From contig DASCPX010000071.1 of assembly GCA_036012755.1 (NCBI GenBank), positions 32,001-96,000 on the forward strand: 64,000 nucleotides of DNA, written 5' to 3'. Shown here in pieces: positions 45,393-58,704 of this stretch (position 1 is its first letter; each line of letters begins with the position of its first letter). The translations under genes were made by a program, and so were the position numbers. A model generated the notes under the pieces. It did no database searches. It saw only the letters and a list, made by a program, of their open reading frames with translations, and was not told the DNA's origin. This DNA comes from Myxococcota bacterium (GTDB lineage: Bacteria; Myxococcota_A; UBA796; CAJQPC01).

Positions 45393-48158
45393 TCAGGGCG
45401 CCACGCGCTCCCAGCCGGACTCGTCCCGCGCGAACTGCATCGTGGGCCAGTAGACCTCGTCGAGCACGATCGTGACGACCCGCTCACGCTGGTCGAGGTC
45501 GACGACCGTGAGGCGGACCGACTCGCCGTCGGAGCGACCCTCGATCGCCTCGATGAGAGCAGGGAGATCCGGGGTGTCGATGTCGTCGACGCGGGTGATC
45601 CGCCAGGTGGCCCGCATGCCGTAGCGCTGGGCGGGTGTGCCGTACCAGAAGAAGGCGACGTAGACCCCCTCGCGAGGGATGCCGCGCTGGGCGGCGACCT
45701 CGTGGTGCGGCTCGTGGAGCAACATGCCGCCCCAGATGAGCAGCTCGTCAAGGCCGACGTGCCGGAGGGGAACGCTGGGGACCTCTACCGAGACCTCCTG
45801 TCCGTCTCGAAGCACCAGGAGCGTGGCGCCACCCTCGCGCGCGGCGACCTCGACCTCGCGGAAGCGGCTCGCGGGCTCGCCGTCGACCTCGAGCAACAGG
45901 TCCCCGCCTTGGAGCAGGTCCTCTGCGGGGACATCGGCCCACACGCGGACCACCTCGAGGACCTGGCGCCGCTCGGGATCGTGCTCGGCCAGCACCTCGG
46001 CCCGGTCGTTCGAGAGCCCCCGGTCCCTGGCGTCGGCGATGGCCCGCGGACCCCACTCGACCCCCAGGCTCGAGAGCTCGCCGTCGAGGGCGTCGAGGGC
46101 GTCGACCACGTGCTCGATGGGCAGGCCGCGGAAGGCGCTCTGGCGCCCCTCTGAAGGCGAGTGCCACGCGAAGCTCGCCCACAGGGCGTGCACCCTCCCC
46201 TTCTTGTCGGTGAGCACCCCGCCGATCGACGTCATGGAGTCGCTGGTCTCGATGCTGTCGAGGTTCGTCTCGCGGAACTGTGGAGGCGAGGGCAGGGGCA
46301 GGCGCACCGGGTCGATGCGCGCGACGGAGGTGCTCTTCGACCGCACCCGCCCGTCTCGAGTGATGCCGACGAGCACCAGCGGGTCGCCATCGTCCAACTC
46401 CTTCGGAGAGAGCTCCGCGCTCTGAACCGGTGTGTCGCCCAGCAGCGCGGGGTCGTATGACAACAGCGCGATGCCGTGCTCGGGGTGGACGAGCTCGACC
46501 TGAGCAGGGACCCTCAGCGAGCCGCCGAAGACCAGGGTGATCTCGCCGAGGCCCACCGGGACGGTGTCACGGTCCGCCACGACGAGCCCCCGTGAAGCGT
46601 TGACGACCAGCCCGCTGCCGGCGAAGTAGTTGGCGCTGACGCCCTCTGATCGGTAGGGCAGGTCGCACTCGACCACGACCAGGCTCCTGGCGAGCCGCGC
46701 CGCCGCCTTGGAGCCGTTGCCCTCCAGCGCCGCGGTCCCAGGCACGGGGTCGACGAACTCCGGCGGATCCGCGGAGTCGGTGCAGGGCCACAGGCCGGTG
46801 TCGTCATCCCGCACACAGCGCCGCATCGGGTACCAGAGCCGATCGACCTGGATGATGGAGATACGCTCCCGCCGCGGGTTGTCGATGGCGACATAGCGGA
46901 CAGGGACGCGAGCCCGATGCGAGTAGCTGGCGAGGAGCTCCTCCAGGTGCTCCAGGCTCTCGATCGGCTCGCCGTCGAGCGCGACCAGCACCGCGCCGTC
47001 GGGCACCCCCGCCTCCCGCAGCAGGTAGCCCGGAGCCGCGACGTAGACCCCCGAGTCCGTGGGCAGCAGGTGGTTTCGCGCCTGCTGGTAGGACAGGGGG
47101 TGCAGGATGGCCCCGCCGACCTCGAGGTAGCTGCTCGGCGTGATCGCGTGGAGGTCGCCTACTTCCAGCTCCACGTCCACCGCCACGCCAGCACGCTCTA
47201 CCCCGAAGACCACGCCGTCGCCGACGTGCTCGTCCAGGACCGCCTCCAAGGGCACGAAGCCGTCGAGGGGCTCGCCGTCGACCGACAAGAGGATGTCTCC
47301 GATGGCCAGGCGACCGTCCGCCGGACCCTCGGGCACGATCCCACGCACGACCAGCAGGCCGTGCCCATCCGGGAAGCTCTCGCGCGTCTCCGCCTCTCGA
47401 CCGTCAGGAAGCCCGAGGCGACGCAGCTCGTCGAAGGAGGCGTGCTCGAAGGTCGCCTGGACCGTGCCCCGCTCCACCGGCTCCCCCGATTGGATCAGCT
47501 CGAGCGCCCGCACGACCCTGTCCAGAGGCAGGTAGTAGCTGGAGGCCGCGCTGCGATGTCCGCCGGCGTTGAGCGCGACCACCTTGCCGTCGACATCGAC
47601 GACCGGCGAGCCCGAAGAGCCCCCGGAGGTCCCAGAGCCGGCCTGCATGTAGAAGGTGTTGAAGTCGTTGTAGGTGTTCCCGCCATAGACGGGCGCCCTG
47701 CGGTCGACCCGCGCGATGGTCCCGTCGAGGATGACGATCTTCTCGCCGGCGTCGTTGCCGACGACCCGGATCTCCATGCCGACCTCGGCGCGCTCCGGCG
47801 CCAGCTCCAGCTCTGTGAGCTCCATGTAGCGAAGGTCGTCCGGATCGAAGCGATACACACCGAAGTCGTGGACCGGGTCCCGGTAGATGGCCTGGAGATC
47901 GACCTCCTCGTGGTCGACGAAGACCGCCTGAGCGCGGACGGGGCCTGCGTGGACCATGTGCCGGTTGGTGAGGATCAGGCCCTCCTCGGCGTCGACGACG
48001 AAGCCCGTGCCCACGGAGCTCGAGTTGCTCTCCGTGTCGAAGCTGCGGGTCCCCGAGACCTTCAGCGACACGACCCCAGGCACCACGGCCTCGAGCGTCT
48101 GCCGCCACGTGGCCTCCTCTACGTCCTGGGCCAGCGCGGCGCCGATGAGCAAGAGCAT
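45393..48158 (-). CDS. Nma111/Deg7-like tandem HtrA serine protease (protease-PDZ-PDZ, degenerate protease-PDZ-PDZ), secreted
   Basis: ILTNRHMV (His), YRDPVHDFG (Asp) and YNDFNTFYMQA..TSGGSSGSPV (Ser). Second protease copy has VVADRDTVP lacking His. Signal MLLLIGAALA at ATG 48158. Confidence 0.85.
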   Translation of the reverse strand: MLLLIGAALAQDVEEATWRQTLEAVVPGVVSLKVSGTRSFDTESNSSSVGTGFVVDAEEGLILTNRHMVHAGPVRAQAVFVDHEEVDLQAIYRDPVHDFGVYRFDPDDLRYMELTELELAPERAEVGMEIRVVGNDAGEKIVILDGTIARVDRRAPVYGGNTYNDFNTFYMQAGSGTSGGSSGSPVVDVDGKVVALNAGGHRSAASSYYLPLDRVVRALELIQSGEPVERGTVQATFEHASFDELRRLGLPDGREAETRESFPDGHGLLVVRGIVPEGPADGRLAIGDILLSVDGEPLDGFVPLEAVLDEHVGDGVVFGVERAGVAVDVELEVGDLHAITPSSYLEVGGAILHPLSYQQARNHLLPTDSGVYVAAPGYLLREAGVPDGAVLVALDGEPIESLEHLEELLASYSHRARVPVRYVAIDNPRRERISIIQVDRLWYPMRRCVRDDDTGLWPCTDSADPPEFVDPVPGTAALEGNGSKAAARLARSLVVVECDLPYRSEGVSANYFAGSGLVVNASRGLVVADRDTVPVGLGEITLVFGGSLRVPAQVELVHPEHGIALLSYDPALLGDTPVQSAELSPKELDDGDPLVLVGITRDGRVRSKSTSVARIDPVRLPLPSPPQFRETNLDSIETSDSMTSIGGVLTDKKGRVHALWASFAWHSPSEGRQSAFRGLPIEHVVDALDALDGELSSLGVEWGPRAIADARDRGLSNDRAEVLAEHDPERRQVLEVVRVWADVPAEDLLQGGDLLLEVDGEPASRFREVEVAAREGGATLLVLRDGQEVSVEVPSVPLRHVGLDELLIWGGMLLHEPHHEVAAQRGIPREGVYVAFFWYGTPAQRYGMRATWRITRVDDIDTPDLPALIEAIEGRSDGESVRLTVVDLDQRERVVTIVLDEVYWPTMQFARDESGWERVAP

Positions 48159-48216
48159 GGGGGACGATAGCCCGGCGAAGGTGACGGCCCGGCCGCCGGC
48201 ATGCCAGCATGCGCAC

Positions 48217-52110
<3,894 letters not shown>

Positions 52111-52140
52111 AAACCACAGCTTAGCGTGACCCGGCAGGAC

Positions 52141-53031
52141 TCACTCGGAGCGCTGGAGCAACTCCGGCAGCTGGTCGATGAGCGCCAGGATGCGCAGGGT
52201 CCGCCTTATGGGCCGGGCCGGGGCGCCCAGCACCGTCTGGCCCGCGGGCACGTCGCGGATGGCCTTCGTCCCGGCCCCGAGTCGCGCCCCGTCGCCGACC
52301 TCGACGTGGTCCGAGAGCCCAACCTGGCCGCCCATCTGGACCCCGTCGCCGACGGTGCAAGAGCCCGACAGCCCGGTCTGGGCGGCGATGACCGTGCCTC
52401 GCCCGATGACGCCGTTGTGCCCGATCTGGACGAGGTTGTCGATCTTCGCGCCGGCCCTGATGCGGGTCTGGCCCAGCATGCCGCGATCGATCGTCGTGTT
52501 GGCGCCGATCTCGACGTCGTCCTCGATCACGAGCGTGCCGACGTGCGGCACCTTTCGGGGGCCCTGCTCAGAGGGGAGGTAGCCGAAGCCGTCACCCCCG
52601 AGCACCGCCCCGGCGTGGACGCGGCAGCGGGCTCCGATGCGCACCCGCGGGTAGACCACGACGTTGGGGAAGAGCACCGTGCCCGCGCCGAGTCGGGCCC
52701 CAGCCATCACCACCACCCCGGGGAACAGGGTCGCGCTCGGGTGCACCTCGGCGCTCGGGTGCACGTGGGCTCCGGGCCAGCTCTCGAGCAGCTCGGGGTA
52801 GAGGTGCTCGAGGACATCGCAGAGCGCGAGCTTGGGGTCCTCGACGACGATGGTCGTGCGCCCCTCCACAGGGGCCTTGCAGAGCACGGCGCCGGCGTCG
52901 CCCGAGACCTTCTTCACCGAGAACGACAGGTCGGTGCTCGAGGCCGCCTCCAGCGAGGCGACGCCTGTGAGATCGACGACCGGGCCGTGGTGGGCACCAC
53001 CGACGAGCTGGGCGATCTCCAGAGAGGTCAC
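52141..53031 (-). CDS. lpxD: UDP-3-O-(3-hydroxymyristoyl)glucosamine N-acyltransferase
   Basis: Hexapeptide repeats, [32 protein letters not shown] and GGQVG..DH. GTG 53031 overlaps the asnS stop. Confidence 0.92.
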   Translation of the reverse strand: MTSLEIAQLVGGAHHGPVVDLTGVASLEAASSTDLSFSVKKVSGDAGAVLCKAPVEGRTTIVVEDPKLALCDVLEHLYPELLESWPGAHVHPSAEVHPSATLFPGVVVMAGARLGAGTVLFPNVVVYPRVRIGARCRVHAGAVLGGDGFGYLPSEQGPRKVPHVGTLVIEDDVEIGANTTIDRGMLGQTRIRAGAKIDNLVQIGHNGVIGRGTVIAAQTGLSGSCTVGDGVQMGGQVGLSDHVEVGDGARLGAGTKAIRDVPAGQTVLGAPARPIRRTLRILALIDQLPELLQRSE

Positions 53032-54314
53032 GGCGTGAGCCGGTCGATCATGCGCGGGAAGGGGATCGTCTCGCGGATGTGGCGGATGCCGCAGACCCAG
53101 CACACGAGCCGCTCCAGGCCCAGGCCGAAGCCGCCGTGGGGCACGCTGCCGTAGCGCCTCAGGTCCAGGTACCAGCCAAAGGCCTCCTCGGGCAGCCCGT
53201 GCTCGTGGATCTTGGCCAGGAGCACATCGCCGTCGTCCTCGCGGGCGCCGCCGCCGATGATCTCGCCGTAGCCCTCTGGCGCGAGCACGTCTACGCCCAG
53301 CGCTCGCAGGGGGTTGTCCGGGTCGCCCTTCATGTAGAAGGCCTTCACCGCCGCCGGGTAGCGGTGGACCATGATGGGGCGATCGAACTGCTCGGTGAGC
53401 TTCGTCTCGTGGGGGGAGCCGAAGTCGTCCTCGGCGTCGACGGGCTCGCCGAGCTCATCCAGCATCGCGCAGGCCTCGTCGTAGGACAGGCGCGGGAAGG
53501 GCTTCTGCACGTTCTCGAGGGCCGAGATGTCCCGCTCGAGGATCTCGAGGTACTCGCGGCCGGACTCGACGACGAAGCCGACGACCTCGACGAGGAAGTC
53601 CTCTGCCATCTCCATCACGTCCTCGAGGTCGGCAAAGGCCACCTCCGGCTCGACCATCCAGAACTCGGTCAGGTGTCGGCGGGTAGAGGACTTCTCGGCT
53701 CGAAAGGTGGGGCCGAAGCAGTAGGTGCTGCCGAAGGCCAGGGCTCCGGCCTCCTGGTAGAGCTGACCGGACTGCGTGAGGTAGGCCGTCTCGCCGAAGT
53801 ACTCGGTGGAGAACAGCGTGCTGGTGCCCTCGCAGGCGTTCGGCGTGAAGATCGGCGAGTCCATCAGCGTGAAGTCGCGTGAGTCGAAGTAGTCGCGGAT
53901 GGCCTTCACGCAGAGGTGGCGGATCTTCATGATCGCGAACTGCCGCTGGCTGCGGAACCACAGGTGGCGGTTGTCGTGGAGGAAGCTCGGGCCGTGCTCC
54001 TTCGGCGTGATCGGGTAGCCCTCCGAGCCACCGAGCACGCGCCCGTCGGAGACCTGCAGCTCGAAGCCGAGCTTGGAGCGGGTGTCGGCCTTGATCTCGC
54101 CGACGAGCTCCACAGAGGACTCCTGACCGGCGCGCTTGAGGGCCTCGAAGAGCTCCTCTGCGACGTTCTGCTTGCGCACCACCGCCTGGATGATGCCGCT
54201 GCCGTCGCGAAGCTGGATGAAGAGCAGCTTGCCGCGCCGGGTGCTGTTGTAGATCCATCCCCGCAGGGAGACGGTCTGACCTTCGTGGGAGCCGATCTCG
54301 GCGATCCGGGGCAT
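53028..54314 (-). CDS. asnS: Asparagine--tRNA ligase
   Basis: [50 protein letters not shown] and [30 protein letters not shown] before ATG 54314. Confidence 0.95.
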   Translation of the reverse strand: MPRIAEIGSHEGQTVSLRGWIYNSTRRGKLLFIQLRDGSGIIQAVVRKQNVAEELFEALKRAGQESSVELVGEIKADTRSKLGFELQVSDGRVLGGSEGYPITPKEHGPSFLHDNRHLWFRSQRQFAIMKIRHLCVKAIRDYFDSRDFTLMDSPIFTPNACEGTSTLFSTEYFGETAYLTQSGQLYQEAGALAFGSTYCFGPTFRAEKSSTRRHLTEFWMVEPEVAFADLEDVMEMAEDFLVEVVGFVVESGREYLEILERDISALENVQKPFPRLSYDEACAMLDELGEPVDAEDDFGSPHETKLTEQFDRPIMVHRYPAAVKAFYMKGDPDNPLRALGVDVLAPEGYGEIIGGGAREDDGDVLLAKIHEHGLPEEAFGWYLDLRRYGSVPHGGFGLGLERLVCWVCGIRHIRETIPFPRMIDRLTP

Positions 54315-54396
54315 GGATTCCTCCGGGGCCCGGTCTAACCACCGTGCCCAACTGCGGCTCCCTCGGGTAGAGTGAGCCTGCACCGAGGGAGCCGGC

Positions 54397-54573
54397 ATGC
54401 GCCGCGGCCAGGCCACCGTCGAGACCCTTCTACTCATCAGCGTCCTCTGCATCGCCGTGGGCGCGGTGCTGATCGTCTTCTCCGACACGGTGCAGATCAA
54501 CACGCGCTCGCTGTCGTCGTTCCTCGCCGAGGAGCTCACGGGCAACGGCGTCGGGGGCGACGAGGTCAACTAG
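54397..54573 (+). CDS. Small Flp/Tad-type pilin-like protein (58 aa; absent from the ORF track)
   Basis: [28 protein letters not shown]... has a class III signal with Glu+5 and a hydrophobic helix. GAGGGA RBS and TAGAGT box at 54368-54373. Confidence 0.75.
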   Translation: MRRGQATVETLLLISVLCIAVGAVLIVFSDTVQINTRSLSSFLAEELTGNGVGGDEVN

Positions 54574-54655
54574 TGCCTGACGAGCTCATGAGCCCTCTCG
54601 GGCTGATCTGCTTCGGTCTTCGAGCCAGGGAATCGGATCACGCGCGAGAGGTGGA

Positions 54656-56032
54656 TTAGTCGAGGCCCTTCGTGATGTGGAACTCGACGCGGCGGTTGTT
54701 CGCCTTGCCAGCGGCGGTGCGATTCGTGTCGATCGGGCGGGTCTCCCCGTAGCCGACGGTCTCCAGGCGCGGGGCCTCGACGCCATTGGCGATGAGGTAC
54801 TCGAAGACCGAGTCCGCGCGCTCCTTGCTGAGGCTCAGGTTGCTGGCGTCGGAGCCGTCGCTGTCGGTGTGCCCCTCGATGCGCACGGCGAGCTGTGGGT
54901 AGTCGGTCATCACCTGGATCACCGAGTCGAGGATCTTGTAGCTCTCCGGCTTGATGACCGCCCTGCCCGTCTCGAACTGGATCTTCTCCTCGATGACGAT
55001 CTGGCGGTTGGCGATCTTGACGAGCTGGGGTTTGGTGTCCGGGCAGCCGTCCTGGTCCATGTACTCGTTGAAGGTCTCGGCCTGGGTCGGGCAGCGATCC
55101 GCCGGATCGGCGACGCCGTCACCGTCGCTGTCGGGGCAACCGGTGGGCGGCGGGCCCTTGATCTGCGGACACTGGTCCTGCATGTCGAAGACGTTGTCGC
55201 CGTCCGCGTCCGGGCAGCCGCTGGGAGCCGGCCCCGCCATGCCCGGACACTGGTCCGACTCGTCGGGGATGCTGTCCTTGTCGAAGTCCATCAGCGGGCA
55301 TCCGTCCGGCGGCACTCCAGCCTGACCCGGGCAGGCGTCCATGTCGTCCGGGAAGCCATCCCCGTCCGCGTCCCCCGGAGGGCAGCCGTCCAGCTTGCCA
55401 GGCGTGTCGGGACAGTCGTCCATCACGTCGGTGTAGCCATCGCCGTCGTTGTCGGTGTCGGGGCAGCCGTCGCCATCCTCGAAGCCATCCCGGTCCTCGG
55501 CCTGCATCGGACAGCCATCGAGGGTGTCGGCCACACCGTCGCGGTCGTTGTCCAGGTCCGGACAGCCGTCGCCGTCCTTGAAGCCGTCGAGGTCCTCTGG
55601 CTGGTTCACGCACTCGTCGCGGTCGTCGAAGACCCCGTCACCGTCGGTGTCGTAGACGATGTCGGGGCAACCGTCCTCGTCCTTGTCGCCGTCGAAGTCC
55701 TCTGGCTCGTCCGGGCAGAGATCGAGCTCATCGACGATGCCGTCCTCATCCCGATCCTGCGGGATGCAGCTCGGCGCGGTCTCCAGCGCCACGCGGCCGT
55801 GCTCCATCGCCAGATCGAGGTGCTCGCGCGCGCGGCGGGGATCGCCCTGCTCGAACTCGAGGCGCGTGAACTCGAGGTTGGCCTCGAACATCGCGAAGTC
55901 CTCTGGGGTGCACTCGCGGGCGTTGAGGTTGTTCGCGGCCGAGTACACGCGCTCGGCCTCTGCGAAGTCTCGCTGGAGCGTGTCGACGTTGACACACGCG
56001 AGCTGGCTCACCAGCGTCAGGACGAGGATCAC
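54656..56032 (-). CDS. OmpA-family lipoprotein with thrombospondin type-3-like repeats
   Basis: SQLAC lipobox, many D.DGDG..D..D.CP repeats, and IQFETG, IEGHTDSDG, NLSLSKERA and NRRVEF. Confidence 0.92.
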   Translation of the reverse strand: MILVLTLVSQLACVNVDTLQRDFAEAERVYSAANNLNARECTPEDFAMFEANLEFTRLEFEQGDPRRAREHLDLAMEHGRVALETAPSCIPQDRDEDGIVDELDLCPDEPEDFDGDKDEDGCPDIVYDTDGDGVFDDRDECVNQPEDLDGFKDGDGCPDLDNDRDGVADTLDGCPMQAEDRDGFEDGDGCPDTDNDGDGYTDVMDDCPDTPGKLDGCPPGDADGDGFPDDMDACPGQAGVPPDGCPLMDFDKDSIPDESDQCPGMAGPAPSGCPDADGDNVFDMQDQCPQIKGPPPTGCPDSDGDGVADPADRCPTQAETFNEYMDQDGCPDTKPQLVKIANRQIVIEEKIQFETGRAVIKPESYKILDSVIQVMTDYPQLAVRIEGHTDSDGSDASNLSLSKERADSVFEYLIANGVEAPRLETVGYGETRPIDTNRTAAGKANNRRVEFHITKGLD

Positions 56033-56033
56033 G

Positions 56034-56426
56034 TCAGAGCTCGTCCAAGTCGATGTCGTCGAGCTCGATCCACTCTTCCTCTTCCTCCTCGAGGTACATC
56101 TCGGGGATCACGTCGACGTCCTCGTCGAGGTTCTCCAGCACCTCGTGGCGTTGCTCCGCGTCCTCGTCGTGGGAGCCGTAGAGCGCCATCTCCTCGGCTT
56201 GCTGCGCGTAGAGTCGCGCCTGGAGCGCCAGGTCCTGGGCAGCGCCGTAGTCGGACCCACCCCATTCCTCGTGCGCCTTGAGGCGGTACTGCTGGGCGAT
56301 GGTGTACTCGTAGGGAGCGCGTGCCTCTGCGCTGGCGGCCTCCGCATCGACCCAGGACTCCTCGAGCTGGGCGAGGTGGACGGTCGCCTTGATGGCGGCA
56401 CAACCGAGACAGAGCAGCAGGATCAT
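56034..56426 (-). CDS. Small helical lipoprotein (DUF4398-like partner of the OmpA protein)
   Basis: Starts MILLLCLGC. APYEYTIAQQYRLKAHEE, acidic tail, 1 bp upstream of the OmpA gene. Confidence 0.7.
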   Translation of the reverse strand: MILLLCLGCAAIKATVHLAQLEESWVDAEAASAEARAPYEYTIAQQYRLKAHEEWGGSDYGAAQDLALQARLYAQQAEEMALYGSHDEDAEQRHEVLENLDEDVDVIPEMYLEEEEEEWIELDDIDLDEL

Positions 56427-56451
56427 CAGCCGGCCGAGCCTAACACCCCCG

Positions 56452-58704
56452 TCACTCGGCCCCCGGGTGTGAGGCCCCGCCAGGCATCTCCTTGTGTTCG
56501 TGCTGGCCGTGTTGGGGCTGGTCGTGTTGCTCCTGGTCGTGCTGCTGCTCGCGGTGTTCGTACTCGACGTGCTCGCCGCCCTCACCCAAGCCGGTCCGTT
56601 CACTCGGGAGCATCTCTTCCGCGGTGGGGCCGTCCCACGCCTCGTGGATGAACTCCAGGTCGAAGACCGCCATGAAGAAGCGGTCCGGCATCTGCCGGTC
56701 GGGCATCTCCACCTCGTAGCTCGACCACGGCACGCGCACTGGCCGCCCTCCCCCGGCCTTGTCGTAGGGGTTGCCGGGGTAGTCGAGGAACTGCAGCTCG
56801 ATGACCTCCACAGGAAGGACCCCCAGGGCGAGAGACATCCGTCGCAGCGCGTCGTTGTAGAGCAGAGCTCCCCGCTGGGCGTTCACCAGGTAGAAGCCGC
56901 GCTCGTGGAGCACGAGGTGGCGGTAGTTGCCGGCGACGACCAGGCGGCCGAAGTCCCCGAGATCGATGGCCTCGATCGGAGCCTCCTCGGGGTCACGGGA
57001 CAGCTCCATCAGCAGCTGCTCGGTGCTCTCCGTCTCGACGTCGCGGCGCGCGAGGTAGCGGAGCTGTCGTCCGGGGGCCCCACCGCCCTCGTCGCGCATG
57101 ACCGGCGGAACGGCGGGACGAGACGCCCAGGACCGGAAGACCTTGCGTCCGTGGATCAGCTGGTAGTAGTTCAGTAGATCCTGTTGTTGCTCCAGCGGGA
57201 GCTCGATGATGCCCGCCAGCTCCCCGGAGGGCAGCTCCCGGTAGAAGTCCGGGACCTGGATCGCCGACACCGGGATGGCAGGGAGGAAGCGGGTCGGCGC
57301 CATGTCGGTCTCTGCGATCTCGGCGACGTGCCAGCGGAAGTTGGCTTGGAAGAGGGTCGCCGCGATCGCGAAGACCGCGATGAACCCCCGAACTCTCGGG
57401 TTCGAGATGCGCGAGAGCCCCATGGCTACCAGCGCCACAGAGGCGACGACCACCATCGAGCCCATCCGGTAGGGCGCGAACATGCGGCTCATGCCGGGCA
57501 CCCACTTGAACATGAGCGTGTACGGCATGCGCATCACGTAGAAGCCCTCCCCGAGGGAGATCAGGGAGACCTCGCCCCAGCCCTCGCCCCAGCCCGCCCA
57601 CTTCATGAATGGGCCCAGGGTGCCGAGCCAGAAGACCGTGAAGACCAGGAGCCAGAAACGGCTCCGCGGGAAGATGCCCGGCTTGAGCAACAGCGCCGGG
57701 ATCACGCCCCCCAGGAACACGACCATTGGCAGCCCGCGCTTGTGGCCGGGGTTGAAGAGGTAGTCCACCGACCACGACGACGACAGCGTGCGGTTGAGCG
57801 AGGCGAGGACGTTGTCCTCGTAGGTGTCCGGTCGCAGCGGCACATCGCGGATGACGTCGTACTCGGGGAAGGTCAGGAAGAAGGACAGCTCTGGCAGGCG
57901 CTGCTGTCCGCCGGCGCTGCCCCCCGAGGGCTCACCGATGACGTAGGGGGCTACGAAGAAGCCCCCGACGATGACCACGGCGATGAGCATCGGCCCGGCC
58001 CAGCGCAGCAGGCGCCGCAGGTTCAAGCGACGGCGCTCTCGCCAGAGCATGTCGAGGCTCCAGAGGACGAGGAACATGCCCGCGAAGAGCCCATAGAACC
58101 AGTAGAACGCACCGACCAAACCCAAGAGGACGCCCGCGGCGAGTCCGGCCAGGGGCCGCTCGCGGCGCTCGGCCCGCTGCAGGAGCAGAGGGAACAACAG
58201 GAGGAACCAGAGGATGACCTGGCGAAGACCGGAGCCGTAGAGATCGTGCAGGTTCAGCGGGTTCACGACCGCCACGAGCCCCGCCGCCAGGGCGACCAGC
58301 CGGTAGCGGGTGAAGCTCCGGGCGAAGAGGTACCCGAAGACGCCGTCACCGACGAGGATGATGAAGACCTTGATGTTGTAGTGGGCGGGGATCGGGAAGA
58401 GCTTGGACAGGGGCCAGCTGATCCACAGGACGTCCAGGATGTTCCCCGTCTCGGGGTGCCGGCCGAGGGAGAGGTAGGTGTAGACCGTGTCCCGAAGCCC
58501 GAAGTCACCCTCGACGAGGGCGTCGACCTCTGTGAAGTGCCACCAGTAGCGCCAGAGCCAGCCGCCGAGCTCGCCGCCGCCGATGATGATCTCGTCTGGA
58601 TGGAAGATCGCCGGCCACGTCATCATGCCAGCGGCGGCCAGGTACACCAGCGCCACGAGCGCGAGCTCGCCCGCGGTGAGCGCTACCTTCTTGGGATCGA
58701 TCAC
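56452..58704 (-). CDS. Polytopic membrane protein, putative GT-C-type glycosyltransferase
   Basis: MTWP, WRYWW, FYWFYG, multiple TM helices, APYRM, PDFYREL..IIELP and YYQLIHG. GTG 58704 overlaps the upstream TGA. Confidence 0.6.
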   Translation of the reverse strand: MIDPKKVALTAGELALVALVYLAAAGMMTWPAIFHPDEIIIGGGELGGWLWRYWWHFTEVDALVEGDFGLRDTVYTYLSLGRHPETGNILDVLWISWPLSKLFPIPAHYNIKVFIILVGDGVFGYLFARSFTRYRLVALAAGLVAVVNPLNLHDLYGSGLRQVILWFLLLFPLLLQRAERRERPLAGLAAGVLLGLVGAFYWFYGLFAGMFLVLWSLDMLWRERRRLNLRRLLRWAGPMLIAVVIVGGFFVAPYVIGEPSGGSAGGQQRLPELSFFLTFPEYDVIRDVPLRPDTYEDNVLASLNRTLSSSWSVDYLFNPGHKRGLPMVVFLGGVIPALLLKPGIFPRSRFWLLVFTVFWLGTLGPFMKWAGWGEGWGEVSLISLGEGFYVMRMPYTLMFKWVPGMSRMFAPYRMGSMVVVASVALVAMGLSRISNPRVRGFIAVFAIAATLFQANFRWHVAEIAETDMAPTRFLPAIPVSAIQVPDFYRELPSGELAGIIELPLEQQQDLLNYYQLIHGRKVFRSWASRPAVPPVMRDEGGGAPGRQLRYLARRDVETESTEQLLMELSRDPEEAPIEAIDLGDFGRLVVAGNYRHLVLHERGFYLVNAQRGALLYNDALRRMSLALGVLPVEVIELQFLDYPGNPYDKAGGGRPVRVPWSSYEVEMPDRQMPDRFFMAVFDLEFIHEAWDGPTAEEMLPSERTGLGEGGEHVEYEHREQQHDQEQHDQPQHGQHEHKEMPGGASHPGAE

